A stretch of DNA of 64,000 bases, taken from Gammaproteobacteria bacterium (lineage in GTDB: Bacteria > Pseudomonadota > Gammaproteobacteria > Eutrophobiales > Eutrophobiaceae). The stretch is taken from assembly GCA_965220815.1 (NCBI GenBank), contig OZ244846.1:1987620-2051619 (forward strand), read 5' to 3'. The notes below the pieces were generated by a model, which saw nothing but the letters and a program-made list of their open reading frames with translations, was not told where the DNA came from and ran no database searches. Below are positions 36,250 through 48,100 of the stretch, in pieces. The translations under genes and the position numbers were made by a program. How positions within the stretch are numbered: position 1 is the stretch's first letter; each line of letters starts with the position of its first letter.

Positions 36250-37269
36250 ATGAATATTGCGGCAGTGGGAAACATGAACAGTCCTGACACCGGGAATAAG
36301 AACCTGAGCATCAACAACCTGAGCGCGCCCAAGGTCAACCAGTTGGTCAACTTTGCCCACGGTCTGGGCCTGGATACCACCCGCACGGAAAACGGCAGTT
36401 TGCTGATCGACGCCGGCATCAACAGCTACGGCAGCATCGAGGCCGGACGGCAGATCGCCGAGATTTGCCTGGGTGGTCTGGCCACCGCCAGGTTGCGCGC
36501 CTCCAGGGACTATGAGAACTGGCCCTGGCACGTGGACGTGCATACCAGCCACCCGGTTATCGCCTGCCTCGCCAGCCAGTATGCCGGCTGGAGTCTTTCC
36601 CACGGCCAGGGCAAGGGCACGTTCAATGCGCTGGGCTCCGGCCCTGCCCGGGCGCTGGGCAGCAGGGAACCGTTACTGGATGAGATCGGTTACCGCGACC
36701 AGGCGGACACCACCTGCATCGTGCTGGAAGTGGACCGGATCCCGCCGGTCGAGATCGCCGATAAAATAGCCGAACGCTGCCGGGTCGCGCCGGAGAACCT
36801 CACCCTGATTCTCACGCCCACCTCCAGCCTGGCCGGCGCGGTGCAGGTGGTGGCCCGCGTGTTCGAGTCCGCGCTGCACAAGGCGCACACCTTGCGCTTC
36901 CCCCTGAAAGAGATTGTGGACGGCATGGGCACCGTGCCCTTATGCCCGCCCTCGCCGGACTTCCTTACCGCCATGAGCCGCACCAACGACGCCATATTGT
37001 TCGGCGGCCACGTGCACCTGTTCGTCAGTTGCGGTGATGAGGACGCCGAAGACCTGGCCCGCCGCCTGCCCAGCAATACCTCGGACGATTACGGCCGGCC
37101 GTTTGCCGAGGTGTTCAAGAGCGTCAATTTCGATTTCTACAAACTGGACCCCATGCTGTTCAGCCCGGCCCGGGTGACCGTCAGTTCCCTCAAAACCGGG
37201 CACTCGTTCCAGGCCGGCGAGGTTAACCTGCCGGCATTGAATGAGTCATTTACCAGCATTTTCAGTTAA
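36250..37269 (+). CDS. mch: methenyltetrahydromethanopterin cyclohydrolase
   Basis: 339 aa. GSGPARALG and surrounding conservation recalled for Mch. Sits in an H4MPT-pathway operon. Confidence 0.65.
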   Translation: MNIAAVGNMNSPDTGNKNLSINNLSAPKVNQLVNFAHGLGLDTTRTENGSLLIDAGINSYGSIEAGRQIAEICLGGLATARLRASRDYENWPWHVDVHTSHPVIACLASQYAGWSLSHGQGKGTFNALGSGPARALGSREPLLDEIGYRDQADTTCIVLEVDRIPPVEIADKIAERCRVAPENLTLILTPTSSLAGAVQVVARVFESALHKAHTLRFPLKEIVDGMGTVPLCPPSPDFLTAMSRTNDAILFGGHVHLFVSCGDEDAEDLARRLPSNTSDDYGRPFAEVFKSVNFDFYKLDPMLFSPARVTVSSLKTGHSFQAGEVNLPALNESFTSIFS

Positions 37270-38134
37270 AGACCTCGTTGCCCTGGTCCACGACTGCTTC
37301 CTCACCGACATCAACGCATTAAAACCCGGCAACGTAGGCCGGCACGGTGACGGGCACGGCATGGACTGCGCGGATTTCATCCGTAGCGCAGACGTCGCCA
37401 CCCCCATCCTGTGCGACCACCGGCGCGGCCTGGGCGGGCGTATCCTGGCCGCAGTGCAGGCTACACAGGCCGCGGTGCAGTGCAACACCAACCTGGGCAT
37501 GATCCTGCTGCTGGCCCCCATCATCCGGGTGTTTGAACAGTACGGTTCCATCGCAGATTTCCAGCGTCGGGTCACCGCCACGTTACAAAACCTGGGCAAC
37601 GAGGAGTCACAGCACATCTTCAGCGCCATACGCCTCGCCAACCCGGGCGGGCTGGGCAAAGCCGAACGCTACGACGTCAATTCACTGCCGGATATCGGCG
37701 TCCGCGCAGCCATGGACGCCGCCAAAGACCGCGACCTGATCGCCCGGCAATACGCCAACGGCTACCGGGAAGTGGCGGATTTGGGTGTAAAATGCTTGCA
37801 AAAACACCACCGCAAGTGGCACAGTGTTGAATGGGCGGTTGTTTCCTGCTATCTTATGTTGCTGGGGAGCTTCCCGGATTCTCATATTTGCAGAAAACAC
37901 GGAAGCAGTAGCGCGCAGGAAGTGCGGAAGAAAGCGCTTCCCCTGTTCAGGCAGTTTGTGAGTTATGATGATCCGGAAGATGCAAAAGAAGTATTATTGA
38001 TCTTTGACAGGGAACTCAAAGAATCAGATCTGAATCCGGGCGCCTGCGCCGACCTGACGGTGGCCAGCCTGCTGTTCTACCGGCTTGGCAACGGCCCAGT
38101 TCAGGCCGTGGCTGATGGCGCCAGAGAGGATTGA
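37241..38134 (+). CDS. triphosphoribosyl-dephospho-CoA synthase (CitG/MdcB)-like protein associated with H4MPT-pathway genes
   Basis: [24 protein letters not shown] resembles the CitG KPGLVDRxxxGAHxDMD motif. 297 aa. The start may be downstream of 37241, which overlaps mch. Confidence 0.55.
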   Translation: MSHLPAFSVKDLVALVHDCFLTDINALKPGNVGRHGDGHGMDCADFIRSADVATPILCDHRRGLGGRILAAVQATQAAVQCNTNLGMILLLAPIIRVFEQYGSIADFQRRVTATLQNLGNEESQHIFSAIRLANPGGLGKAERYDVNSLPDIGVRAAMDAAKDRDLIARQYANGYREVADLGVKCLQKHHRKWHSVEWAVVSCYLMLLGSFPDSHICRKHGSSSAQEVRKKALPLFRQFVSYDDPEDAKEVLLIFDRELKESDLNPGACADLTVASLLFYRLGNGPVQAVADGARED

Positions 38135-38217
38135 CAGACCTTTACGGAGGTATCATGTTTAAAATTCTTGACAAACTTTGTAGCATTTTTAAATCCGATG
38201 AAGAAGGAGGTAATGAA

Positions 38218-38730
38218 ATGGCTGTAATCGATAGAGTACTCGTTGGTGAAGCATTGGTGGGGGATGGTAATGAGGTCGCCCATATCGACCTGATCATGGG
38301 CCCCCGCGGCAGCGCTGCGGAAACCGCGGCCTGTAATGCCCTGACCAATAACAAAGACGGTTTTACGTCCCTGCTGGCGGTAGTCTCGCCGAACCTGGCG
38401 TGCAAACCGAGCACGGTAATGTTCAACAAGGTGACCATCAAGGGCGCCGCCCAGGCGGTGCAGATGTTCGGCCCGGCCCAGCGTGCGGTGTCCATGGCGG
38501 TCATGGATTGCGTGGAAGACGGCACCATTCCAGCCGATGAAGCCGACGATGTGTTTATCTGCGTCGGCGTGTTCATCCACTGGCTGGCCGAGGACGACGC
38601 CAAAATCCAGGACTACAACTACGAGGCCACCAAGATGTCCATCAAACGCGCAGTCGCGCGCGAACCCAAGGCATCCGAGGTACTGAGCAAGCGCGGTGAC
38701 GCCGATCATCCGTTCCAGGCTCACTCGTAA
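38218..38730 (+). CDS. fae: formaldehyde-activating enzyme
   Basis: 170 aa. [53 protein letters not shown] is near-identical to M. extorquens Fae, from memory. RBS GGAGG. The track ORF starts 29 codons too early (TTG). Confidence 0.9.
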   Translation: MAVIDRVLVGEALVGDGNEVAHIDLIMGPRGSAAETAACNALTNNKDGFTSLLAVVSPNLACKPSTVMFNKVTIKGAAQAVQMFGPAQRAVSMAVMDCVEDGTIPADEADDVFICVGVFIHWLAEDDAKIQDYNYEATKMSIKRAVAREPKASEVLSKRGDADHPFQAHS

Positions 38731-38749
38731 GCGCAGCGCCAGCGCAACA

Positions 38750-38780
38750 AAAAACCCCGGCCTGCCCCGGGGTTTTTTTA
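38750..38780 (+). terminator. rho-independent terminator after fae
   Basis: AAAAACCCCGGcctgccCCGGGGTTTTTTTAT. Confidence 0.85.
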
Positions 38781-38857
38781 TTTCTTGTGCTGTACTTCAG
38801 GAACGATGAACCTTGCATCGATCTCGCAATACAAACACACAAAAAAGTGACAAATTT

Positions 38858-38887
38858 TTGAATTTCAGATTACCATTCTGCTACAAT
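38858..38887 (+). promoter_or_regulatory. candidate sigma70 promoter for the giant gene
   Basis: TTGAAT, 18-nt spacer, TACAAT. Confidence 0.3.
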
Positions 38888-39016
38888 GGGATGAGTACAT
38901 AAGATGCAAGATTACAATGAAGATGTCGTATATGATTTTAAGTCACCTGATCTCCAGGAGGGCACAGTTTTTCCTAGTTAAACAGGGTGTTACCGCGCCC
39001 TGCATGATCTGTTTTA

Positions 39017-39032
39017 CCCCCCCCCCCCCCCC
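39017..39032. repeat. homopolymeric C16 tract in the leader of the giant gene
   Basis: 16 consecutive C read directly, 121 nt upstream of the ATG at 39154. Confidence 0.9.
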
Positions 39033-39153
39033 AACTAAATCCGAGCGCTTACGTACAAGCTATAACCGGCTGCCTTCCCGATCGGACTGGCGCCGGATAA
39101 ATTAGCCGCGCCTGAACCGGTCTTTCAGTATTCCCCACCTGAGCGTCCGCATC

Positions 39154-42100
39154 ATGCGAGTGGACACACTCATAGCACCTGAAACCCTCCTCCGCGCACT
39201 TCTGGCTTGCGCCGGTGGTATCGGGTGCTTGTTGCTGGCGGGATTTCTGGCCGCGTTGCCGGGAGGAGTGGTAGCGCAGCAGGCGCCTTCGGTTTCTATT
39301 ACCAAACCAGCAGGTTCGGTGACAGAAGGAGAGACGGTGACTTTCACCGTAAGCAGGATCGGAGACAGTTCACAAGAACTGAGAGTGAACTTCGAAACTC
39401 AGGATGGAGATACAGGTGGAAATGCCTTTTTCACTGATGCAGTAGCGGGAAGTGACTATACGAGAGTATCCCGCACCCTTACCTTTCCAGCAGGAAACTC
39501 CCAGTCCCAGACAATTTCGGTGCAGACGCTGTCTGACGACGTTTATGAACCACTAGAATATTTCCATATAAGAGCGGTTGTCACCTACAACGATGGAGAA
39601 AAAGATATTACTCGTACTGTGCTTTCTCGCGATCAAAGAATCAGAGAAGCCCAGCAGAGATATCTTACCCTCAAACCTGTTTCATCATCGAGTTACTCCA
39701 TTCCTGAGTTCAGAGCAAAAGAAGGAGAGGAAAATAAGCTGACAATCGAACTTAACGAGCCTCTTCCATACGACCTGAGTATCACCTACACCGTCGGCAA
39801 CACGCTTCATACAACTGCCGAAAAGGGCAAAGACTACACGATGGAAACGGGTACAAAAACGATATCCAGCGGTCAGAAGTCTACCACCCTTATGCTCGAT
39901 ATCAAAGATGATGATGAGGTCGAACCGGATGAATACTTCACGATATTGTTTACTGAAATCGGAAAGGCTAATCCCCTGACTGTTCAAGAAACATACAACG
40001 AAGTTAGCTTTCAAGAAGGAAGCAACCTTTCCGTCCTCATTGAGGATAACGATTCGGGAGAGGGTGCCGTTTACTTGCGTGGGCAAGCGAGGAGTGGTCA
40101 ACTATCTGGCTATCCGGTCACCCGCAATACCCTTACCGAAGGTCAAAGCACAACTATCTACGCAGAAATAGCAGGTGGCGCGCCAAGCACAAGTATTAAC
40201 ATTCCACTCGAGGTCACAGGCTACCCATCAGGTGAAGTAACATCGGGCGACTACAGTATTCCCCCCTCTATACAAATCGCAGCCGGCGACAAAACCGGCA
40301 GCGTTACGCTGAGCATCACAGACGACGCCGTAGACGAGCGCTTCCGTGAATTGCTGGTCGTCAAAATTGATAATGCAGTGACTTCGACCGGCTACAGCAA
40401 GGGAGACCGTAGCGAGTTCCATGTCGTCATGGAGGATAACGACAAGACCGTAGTAGTGCTGAAGAACGAGGACAGAGAGGTCGCCTTGTCGGAGAATTCG
40501 GGCAAGCGGAAGACAACATTTGACATTGTGTTGGCGCGCATACCCAAACCAACTGCTAGCGGACCTCCCGGCTTTGATGTTGATATTAATGAAAGCGATC
40601 CCAAATTCACTCTAACTTATAAGGGCGAAGCAACACACGGTTCCGACTACAGAGCCACCACCTCAGTTCCAGGCTCAGACACGCGCTGCGGCAATACCGG
40701 TAACGATCCTAAAAATTCGAATCACATCTGCACCGTAACGCTCACGGTACTAGATGACAACCTGTATGAAGGGGGAGCCAAAACGACCGAAAAAATCAGT
40801 ATCAGCCTGGCAGGCGGGATGTTTAACGACGGCTTAGATCCCGCCACCAGCACGCCGATCAAACTTACGATTGAAGATAACGATACGCAACCCACGTTTT
40901 CCATCGAAGACGTCTCGGTCACTGAGGACGACCCGGCAAAATTCACAATCTCCCGTAGCGGCGCCAAGGAGAACAGGATTTCAGTACGCGCAAAGACTGC
41001 AATGGGCGGGTCGAACCCTGCACAATCCGCTGATTATGCCGCGCGCACACACACAGTGACCCTTGGCTCAGGCGTTATGAGTAACACTTTTCAAGTTGCG
41101 ATAACAGATGACATTATTCACGAGCCCGGTCCTCCCGAAACCTTTCTGGTAAAGCTGGACCAACCCAAAGACATCGGAGGTCTGCCTCCCCCCGCTATTG
41201 AGGATGACGAGGCTACCGGCACTATCAACGACAATGACGAAAAACCCTCAGCGCTTGAGATCACGGTAGATACCAACACCGCTACCAACGCTGACGATAC
41301 CAACATCGCCGAGGCCGCAGGCGAGACCGACGTCAAGGTTACCGCCACCATCACCAGCGGCACTCGTTTTGCCACCGCGCAAACTGTGGCTGTTACCGTG
41401 GGCAATAGTGACAACGACAATGAAGCCGTCGAGGGCACAGACTACGGCAATGTAGCCGGTTTTGACATCACCATCCCCGCAGGTCAGGCCAGTGGTACTC
41501 ACACTTTCAAACTGACGCCCACTGACGACGATATCGATGATGATAATGAAAAAATCAGTGTCGAAGGCGCTCTCGATGATTTAACCGTTACCCATGCCGC
41601 CATCACGATTGTGGATGACGACACCCGCGGCATTACCGTGGCGCCTGCCAGCCTGACCCTGGATGAGAAGGACGACTCGAATACCGCCACCAGCCAGGAA
41701 AACCAGGGCACCTACGATGTGGTACTTACCAGCGAACCTACGGGAGGCGAGGTGACGGTAAACGTTGCAAGCGGTGATGGAACTGTTGCCACGGTGGATA
41801 AGGCCAGCCTGACGTTCGATGCGACCAACTGGAAAACGGCACAGACTGTTACCGTGACCGCCCAGGACGACCCCATCGACAACACCGGCGATAAGCGCGA
41901 GACCACCATCATCCACACAGTCAGCGCCGCTGACACGGACTATGAAGGAGAGAAGGCAGAATCTGTCGATGTAACCGTCACCGACGACGACGCCGCGCCC
42001 ATGGCGCTCACGCTCAAGGTAGATACCGACGCCACTACTATCGGTGATCAGACCAACATAAACGAGGGCACCGGCTCACCCACCGTCTCACACACCGTGA

Positions 42101-45100
42101 CTGTCACCGCCACCCTGGACGGCGACACCCGTTTCGCCACCGAGCAGACCATCAACGTCACCGTAGGCGCCGCGAGTGACAGCGCCACCGAAGGAAGCGG
42201 CGGCGACTACGACACGGTGGCGGACTTCGAGATCACGCTGGATGCCAGTGAGGGAAGCGCTTCCAAGACGTTCATATTTACCCCTGATCCTGACAGCGTG
42301 GACGAACCGGATGAGACAATCAGCGTCAACGGTGTACTCTCCGGCGTAACGGTTGCAGGCACAACTATCACGCTCGAAGATGATGACGATACCCCCACAG
42401 TCACATTGGCGCTCGCGCCCGCATCGATAAACGAGAGCGGCGCCACCAACGCCAGCACGGTCACGGCCACGCTGAACGGCACATCCAGCGAGGCTGTGAC
42501 CCTCACTGTCTCCGCCACGCCGGTCTCGCCCGCGGTCGCAAGCGACATCACCTTGAGCAATAACAAAACACTGACAATCCCGGCTCTCTCTACAGACAGC
42601 ACCGGCGTCGTCACCATCACCGCGGTCGATAACCACGTGGACGCGGACAACAAGACAGTCACCGTTTCAGCCACTGCCTCAGGTGGCAACGGCCTTGCAG
42701 CGCCGGATGATGTAACTCTCACGATCACAGACGACGACGAACGCGGCATTAATGTGTCAAAGACAACATTGACGTTGGATGAGGCAGACGACACGGACAC
42801 CATGGACGCTGACGAGCATGAGGACACGTATAACGTCGTGCTCGAGAGTGAACCCACGGGCGGTACGGTGACGATAAATGTCGCAAGTGGCGATACGGAT
42901 ATAGCTATTGTCGCCCCGGCGAGTCTCACTTTTAATTCCTCCAACTGGAAGACGCCGCAACCAGTTACCGTCACCGCCGTACCCAACACGGCCGACGACC
43001 CGATGAACAGGCGCCTTGTCACTATTACCCACACCGTCAGCGCCGAGGGTACGGACTACGAGAGCGAAACCGCAAGCAACGTGGAAGTAACGGTAAACGA
43101 CGACGATGGAGCGCCATCGATGTCCATCAACCGCCCATCCGTGACCGAGGGTGACAGCGCCACGGCAACACTCACCTTCACAGTACGTCTGACACCGGCC
43201 AGCGGGAACCAGGTGACAGTAGCCTACGCGGACGCCGGCAGCGGCACCGCAACCTCAGCCACGGACTACGCAGCGTTGACTGCAGGTACGCTTACCTTTG
43301 CCCCCGGCGATACCAGCAAGCCTGTAGCGGTAACGGTGAACGGCGATGTGCTGGATGAGCCCGACGAAACGGTGGTCTTACGCCTGTCCTCGCTTGTCAA
43401 TGCCGTGTTTACGGGTGTAGCGGGGACCACTCTGGACGGCACAGGCACCATCACAGATAACGATCCGACACCAACGGTTTCAGTCTCCGACGCCACGGCA
43501 GTGAACGAAGGCAACGTGATGTCACCTGATCCTCCCAACAACATGACCTTCACGGTACAACTCTCCGCCGTAAGCGGCCAGACCGTGACAGTGCCCTACA
43601 CCCTGGGAGGGACAGCCACAGCCGGCGAGGATTACATCGAGCCTAACCCGCGCTCCGTCACCATCGCCGCAGGTTCCCCGTCTGCAACGATCACAATCCC
43701 CGTGAAAGGCGACGAGGTGGACGAGGATAACGAGACGGTGATAGTGACGCTGGGCACACCGACGAACGCAACAGTATCGACTGCCGAAGGCGCCGCCACT
43801 GCCACTGGAACGATCACGGACGATGACACCCGCGGCATCACCGTGATGCCGCTCACGCGCACCTTGGACGAGGTGGACAACACGGCCACCGACGCCATAA
43901 CGGAAAACCAGGCCACCTACACGGTGGTGCTTGACAGCCAGCCCACCGGCACCGTGACCGTCAACCTGGCCAGCAAGGACGGGACGGTGGCCACGGTCGG
44001 CACGGCCCGCCTGGAGTTCACCACCGGCAACTGGAACACGGTGCGCACGGTGACCATCACCGCGGTGCCGGACATCATCGACAACACCGGCAACCGGCGC
44101 ACGGTGGACATCGAGCACACGGTCAGCGCCGCCGGCACGGACTACAGTGGGGAGCGCGCGGCCAGCGTGGCCGTCACGGTCACGGACGACGATGCTGCAC
44201 CCAGCGGCATCACCCTCACGGCTAGCCCTGACTCGGTGGCGGAGGAGGGCGGCGCAGAGACCATCACCGTCACCGCCGCGGTAAACGGGATAACCCGTTA
44301 TGCGGAAGCCAAGACCGTGACGGTGAGTGTCGGCGGCGGTTCGGCCATCTCAGGCGCGGACTATATGACGGTGTCCAATTTCAATATTACCATTCCCGCG
44401 GGCGCGGCCAGTGAGGCTGAAACGTTCACGCTGACGCCGGCTAGTGACGTGCTGCACGAGGGCAATGAGACACTCAACGTAATGGGAACTCTGACCGGAA
44501 TCACGATAACCCCGGATGAGATTACCATCACCGATAATGACGCGGCGCCCACAGCGCTGACGTTGACAGTGGATGCTGACACGGGCACGGACAACGTGCA
44601 AAGCAGCATTGCCGAGGATAGTGGCGCCAAGACGGTGCGGGTGACGGCAACGCTGGATGGCAGTTCACAGTTTACCACTGATAAGACCGTTTCGGTGGAG
44701 GTGGGCAAGTCGGGCGACTCGGCCGGTGAAGGCTCGGACTATGCCACGGTTGGCGCCCTGACCATTACGATCAAAGCCGGGACATCGAGCGCGCACGTGG
44801 ACTTCACGCTCACGCCCACCAACGACGTGCTGGATGAGGAGAACGAGATCATCAGTCTTGACGGCACCGCGACGGGGCTGATGGTGGCCGATGCGGAGAT
44901 TACCCTGACCGACGATGACGCCACGCCCACTGGCATCACGCTGACGGTAGATACCAACGGCGCGACCGCCGGCACGCCGGACACGGTAGGCGAGGGTGCC
45001 GGGGCCACCACAGTCACCGTCATCGCCGCGGTCAACGGGACCACCCGTTACGTGGACGCCAAGACGGTGGCGGTGAGCGTGAGTGACGATGAAGCAACCT

Positions 45101-48100
45101 CACCAGCCGACTACGCGGCGGTGTCCAATTTTAACATTGTCATCCCCGCGGGCGCGGCCAGCCACACCAACACGTTTACCCTCACGCCCGTGAACGACAA
45201 CCTGGACGAGGAGAATGAAACGATAGACGTGACAGGCACGGTTCCCGGTTCCATCACTGTTACGCCTGCCACGGTAAGCCTCACCGACAATGACGACCCG
45301 CCCATTTTTTCCATTGCCGGTGACGCCGCGTCCGAGGGCGATGCGATTGACTTTGTTGTGACCCGCGGCGGGGCCACGGCGAACGTGGCGACGGTCAAGA
45401 TTGCCACCGCCGCCCATTCAGGTGACGATGTGAATCCTGCCGGCGCCGACGATTACACCGCGATTACAACAGCACAGACACTCAGTTTCGCCAGTGGGGA
45501 TACCAGCCAGACCGTCTCGGTACAGACGACCGAGGACGATTTATATGAGGAAGACGAGACCTTCCTGGCAGTACTGAGCGAGCCGGCGCTGGCGGAGGGA
45601 GACCCGGGCACGGGGGTGAGCATTGCGCCCAACGCCGGCAGCGCCACGGGCACGATACGGAACGATGATACCGAGCCGTCGTTTTCCATTACCGATGCCA
45701 GCGCCTCGGAAGGCGATGCCATCACCTTCACGGTGACCCGTTCCGGGGCCATGGACAATGCCGTGTCGGTATCCTGGAACACCAAGCCGGCGACCGGCGC
45801 CAATGCGGCTGCGACCTCAGATTACACGCCGGTAACAACGCCGACTCAACTGGACTTTGGCGCCGGTGTGGGCAGGGTGACGTTCACGGTCAGCACCACG
45901 GAGGACGTACTGGACGAGGGCAATGAGACCTTCCTGGTGGAGTTGACGAGTCCGGTAGGCGGCGCCATCACCACCGACGAGGCGACCGGTACTATCAACG
46001 ATGATGACGATGCACCGACTGGCATAACCTTGACAGTGGACGAGAACTCGTTCGCGGAGAATGCGGACACCGCAACGGTGACCGTCACTGCCACGGTCAC
46101 GGGCGGCACCACCTTTGCCGATACGAAGACAGTGGTGGTGAGCGTGGACGATGGCACGGCGATTTCTGGCACCGACTATGCAGCGGTGCCCGGCTTCAAC
46201 ATCGCCCTCGCTGTCGGCGCCGAGAGTGCCACCGGAACATTCAGCTTCAAACCGACGGACGACGAACTGGACGAGCCGAATGAGACACTGGACGTGACTG
46301 GGACCCTGACGGATGTGACGATCACGAAGGCCACGATCACGATCAACGACAATGATACGACGCCGAGTTTCAAGGTAGGGGATGCAAGTGCCGCGGAAGG
46401 GGAGGCATTGAGTTTCGTGGTGACGCGGGACGGTGCGACGGCAAACGTGGTGACGGTGGATTGGGCGACGGCGTTGGTGGACGGCGAGGCGTCAGCGATG
46501 GACTTCACAGCGGTGCCGGCAACGACGTTGACCTTTGCGGCGGGGGACACGACGAAGATGGTGACGGTGATGTCGACGGAGGACGTGCTGGACGAGGAGG
46601 ACGAGACGTTCGAGGTCAAGCTGACCAACCCGGCCAAGGGTGCGAGTGACCCGGGCAGCGTCCCGACGATCAGCGATGACACGGGTGAGGGGACCATCAC
46701 CGACGATGACGCGGCGCCGATGACGATGACCCTGACGGTGGATGCGGACACGGCCACGAACAACGTGCAGGGCAGCCTGGCCGAGGACGGCGGGGCGAAG
46801 ACGGTGCGGGTCACGGCCGCGATTACCGGCGCCACCCGCTTTGCCGCCGCGCAGACGGTGAGCGTGGCGGTGGGCAAGGCGATGGACAGCGCCCGGGAGG
46901 GGACGGACTACGCCACGGTGGCCGACCAGACCATCACGATTGCGGCGGGGGCGGCCAGCGGGCAGGTGGACTTCACGCTGACGCCCACGGACGATGACAT
47001 CGACGAGCCGAACGAGACGATAAGCATCGCGGGCACGCTGGCCGGTGTGACGTTCACCGACACCGTCATCACCATTACGGACGATGAGGCCCTGCCGACG
47101 CTGAGCCTGGCGCTCGGCGCAGCGTCGATTAACGAGAGCGGCAACGGCAACAGCACCGCGGTGACGGCGCGCTTGTCGGGCAAGTCCAGCGTGGACGTGA
47201 CGGTGGCGGTGGGCACGGCGCCGGGGGCGGACACGACCACCGGCGATTACACGGTGAGCGCCAACACGACGCTGACGATTGCCGCGGGGTCGACGGCGAG
47301 CACGGGGGAGGTGACCATCACCGCAGTCGATAACAAGGTGGACGCCCCGAACAAGAGCGTGACGGTCTCGGGCACGGCCAGTGGCGGCGGGGTGGCGAAC
47401 CCGGGCAACCAGACGTTGACCATCACGGACGATGACACCCGCGGCATCACCGTGACGCCGCTCACGCGCACCCTGGACGAGGTCGATGACGCGGACACCG
47501 ACGACGCTACGGAAAACCGGGCCACCTACACGGTGGTGCTCGACAGCGAGCCCACCGGCACCGTGACCGTCAACCTGGCCAGCAAGGACGGGACGGTGGC
47601 CACGGTCGGCACGGCCAGCCTGGTCTTCACCACCGCCGACTGGAACACGGTGCGCACGGTGACCGTCACCGCGGTGCCGGACATCATCGACAACACCGGC
47701 AATGCGCGCACGGTGGACATCGAGCACACGGTGGTGGCGGCGGGCACGGACTACGAGGACGAGAGTGCGGCCAGCGTGACCGTCACGGTCACCGACGATG
47801 ACGCGGCGCCGATGACGATGACCCTGACGGTGGATGCGGACACGGCCACGAACAACGTGCAGGGCAGCCTGGCCGAGGACGGCGGGGCGAAGACGGTGCG
47901 GGTCACGGCCGCGATTACCGGCGCCACCCGCTTTGCCGCCGCGCAGACGGTGAGCGTGGCGGTGGGCAAGGCGATGGACAGCGCCCGGGAGGGGACGGAC
48001 TACGCCACGGTGGCCGACCAGACCATCACGATTGCGGCGGGGGCGGCCAGCGGGCAGGTGGACTTCACGCTGACGCCCACGGACGATGACATCGACGAGC

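Noticed and set aside
38131-38217. TTG start at 38131 giving a 199-aa Fae
   Set aside because: Fae family proteins are ~170 aa beginning [23 protein letters not shown] sits 8 nt before the ATG at 38218, and the upstream 29 codons have no homology.
38917-39105. 62-aa ORF spanning the poly-C tract as a real gene
   Set aside because: No RBS and a Pro5 run produced purely by the homopolymer. Retained only as a possible leader ORF within the phase-variation finding.
41118-46877. About 25 small T/V/S/A-rich minus-strand ORFs (60-275 aa) across 41-47 kb
   Set aside because: All are antisense shadows of the giant + strand gene. None has a start context or domain content.
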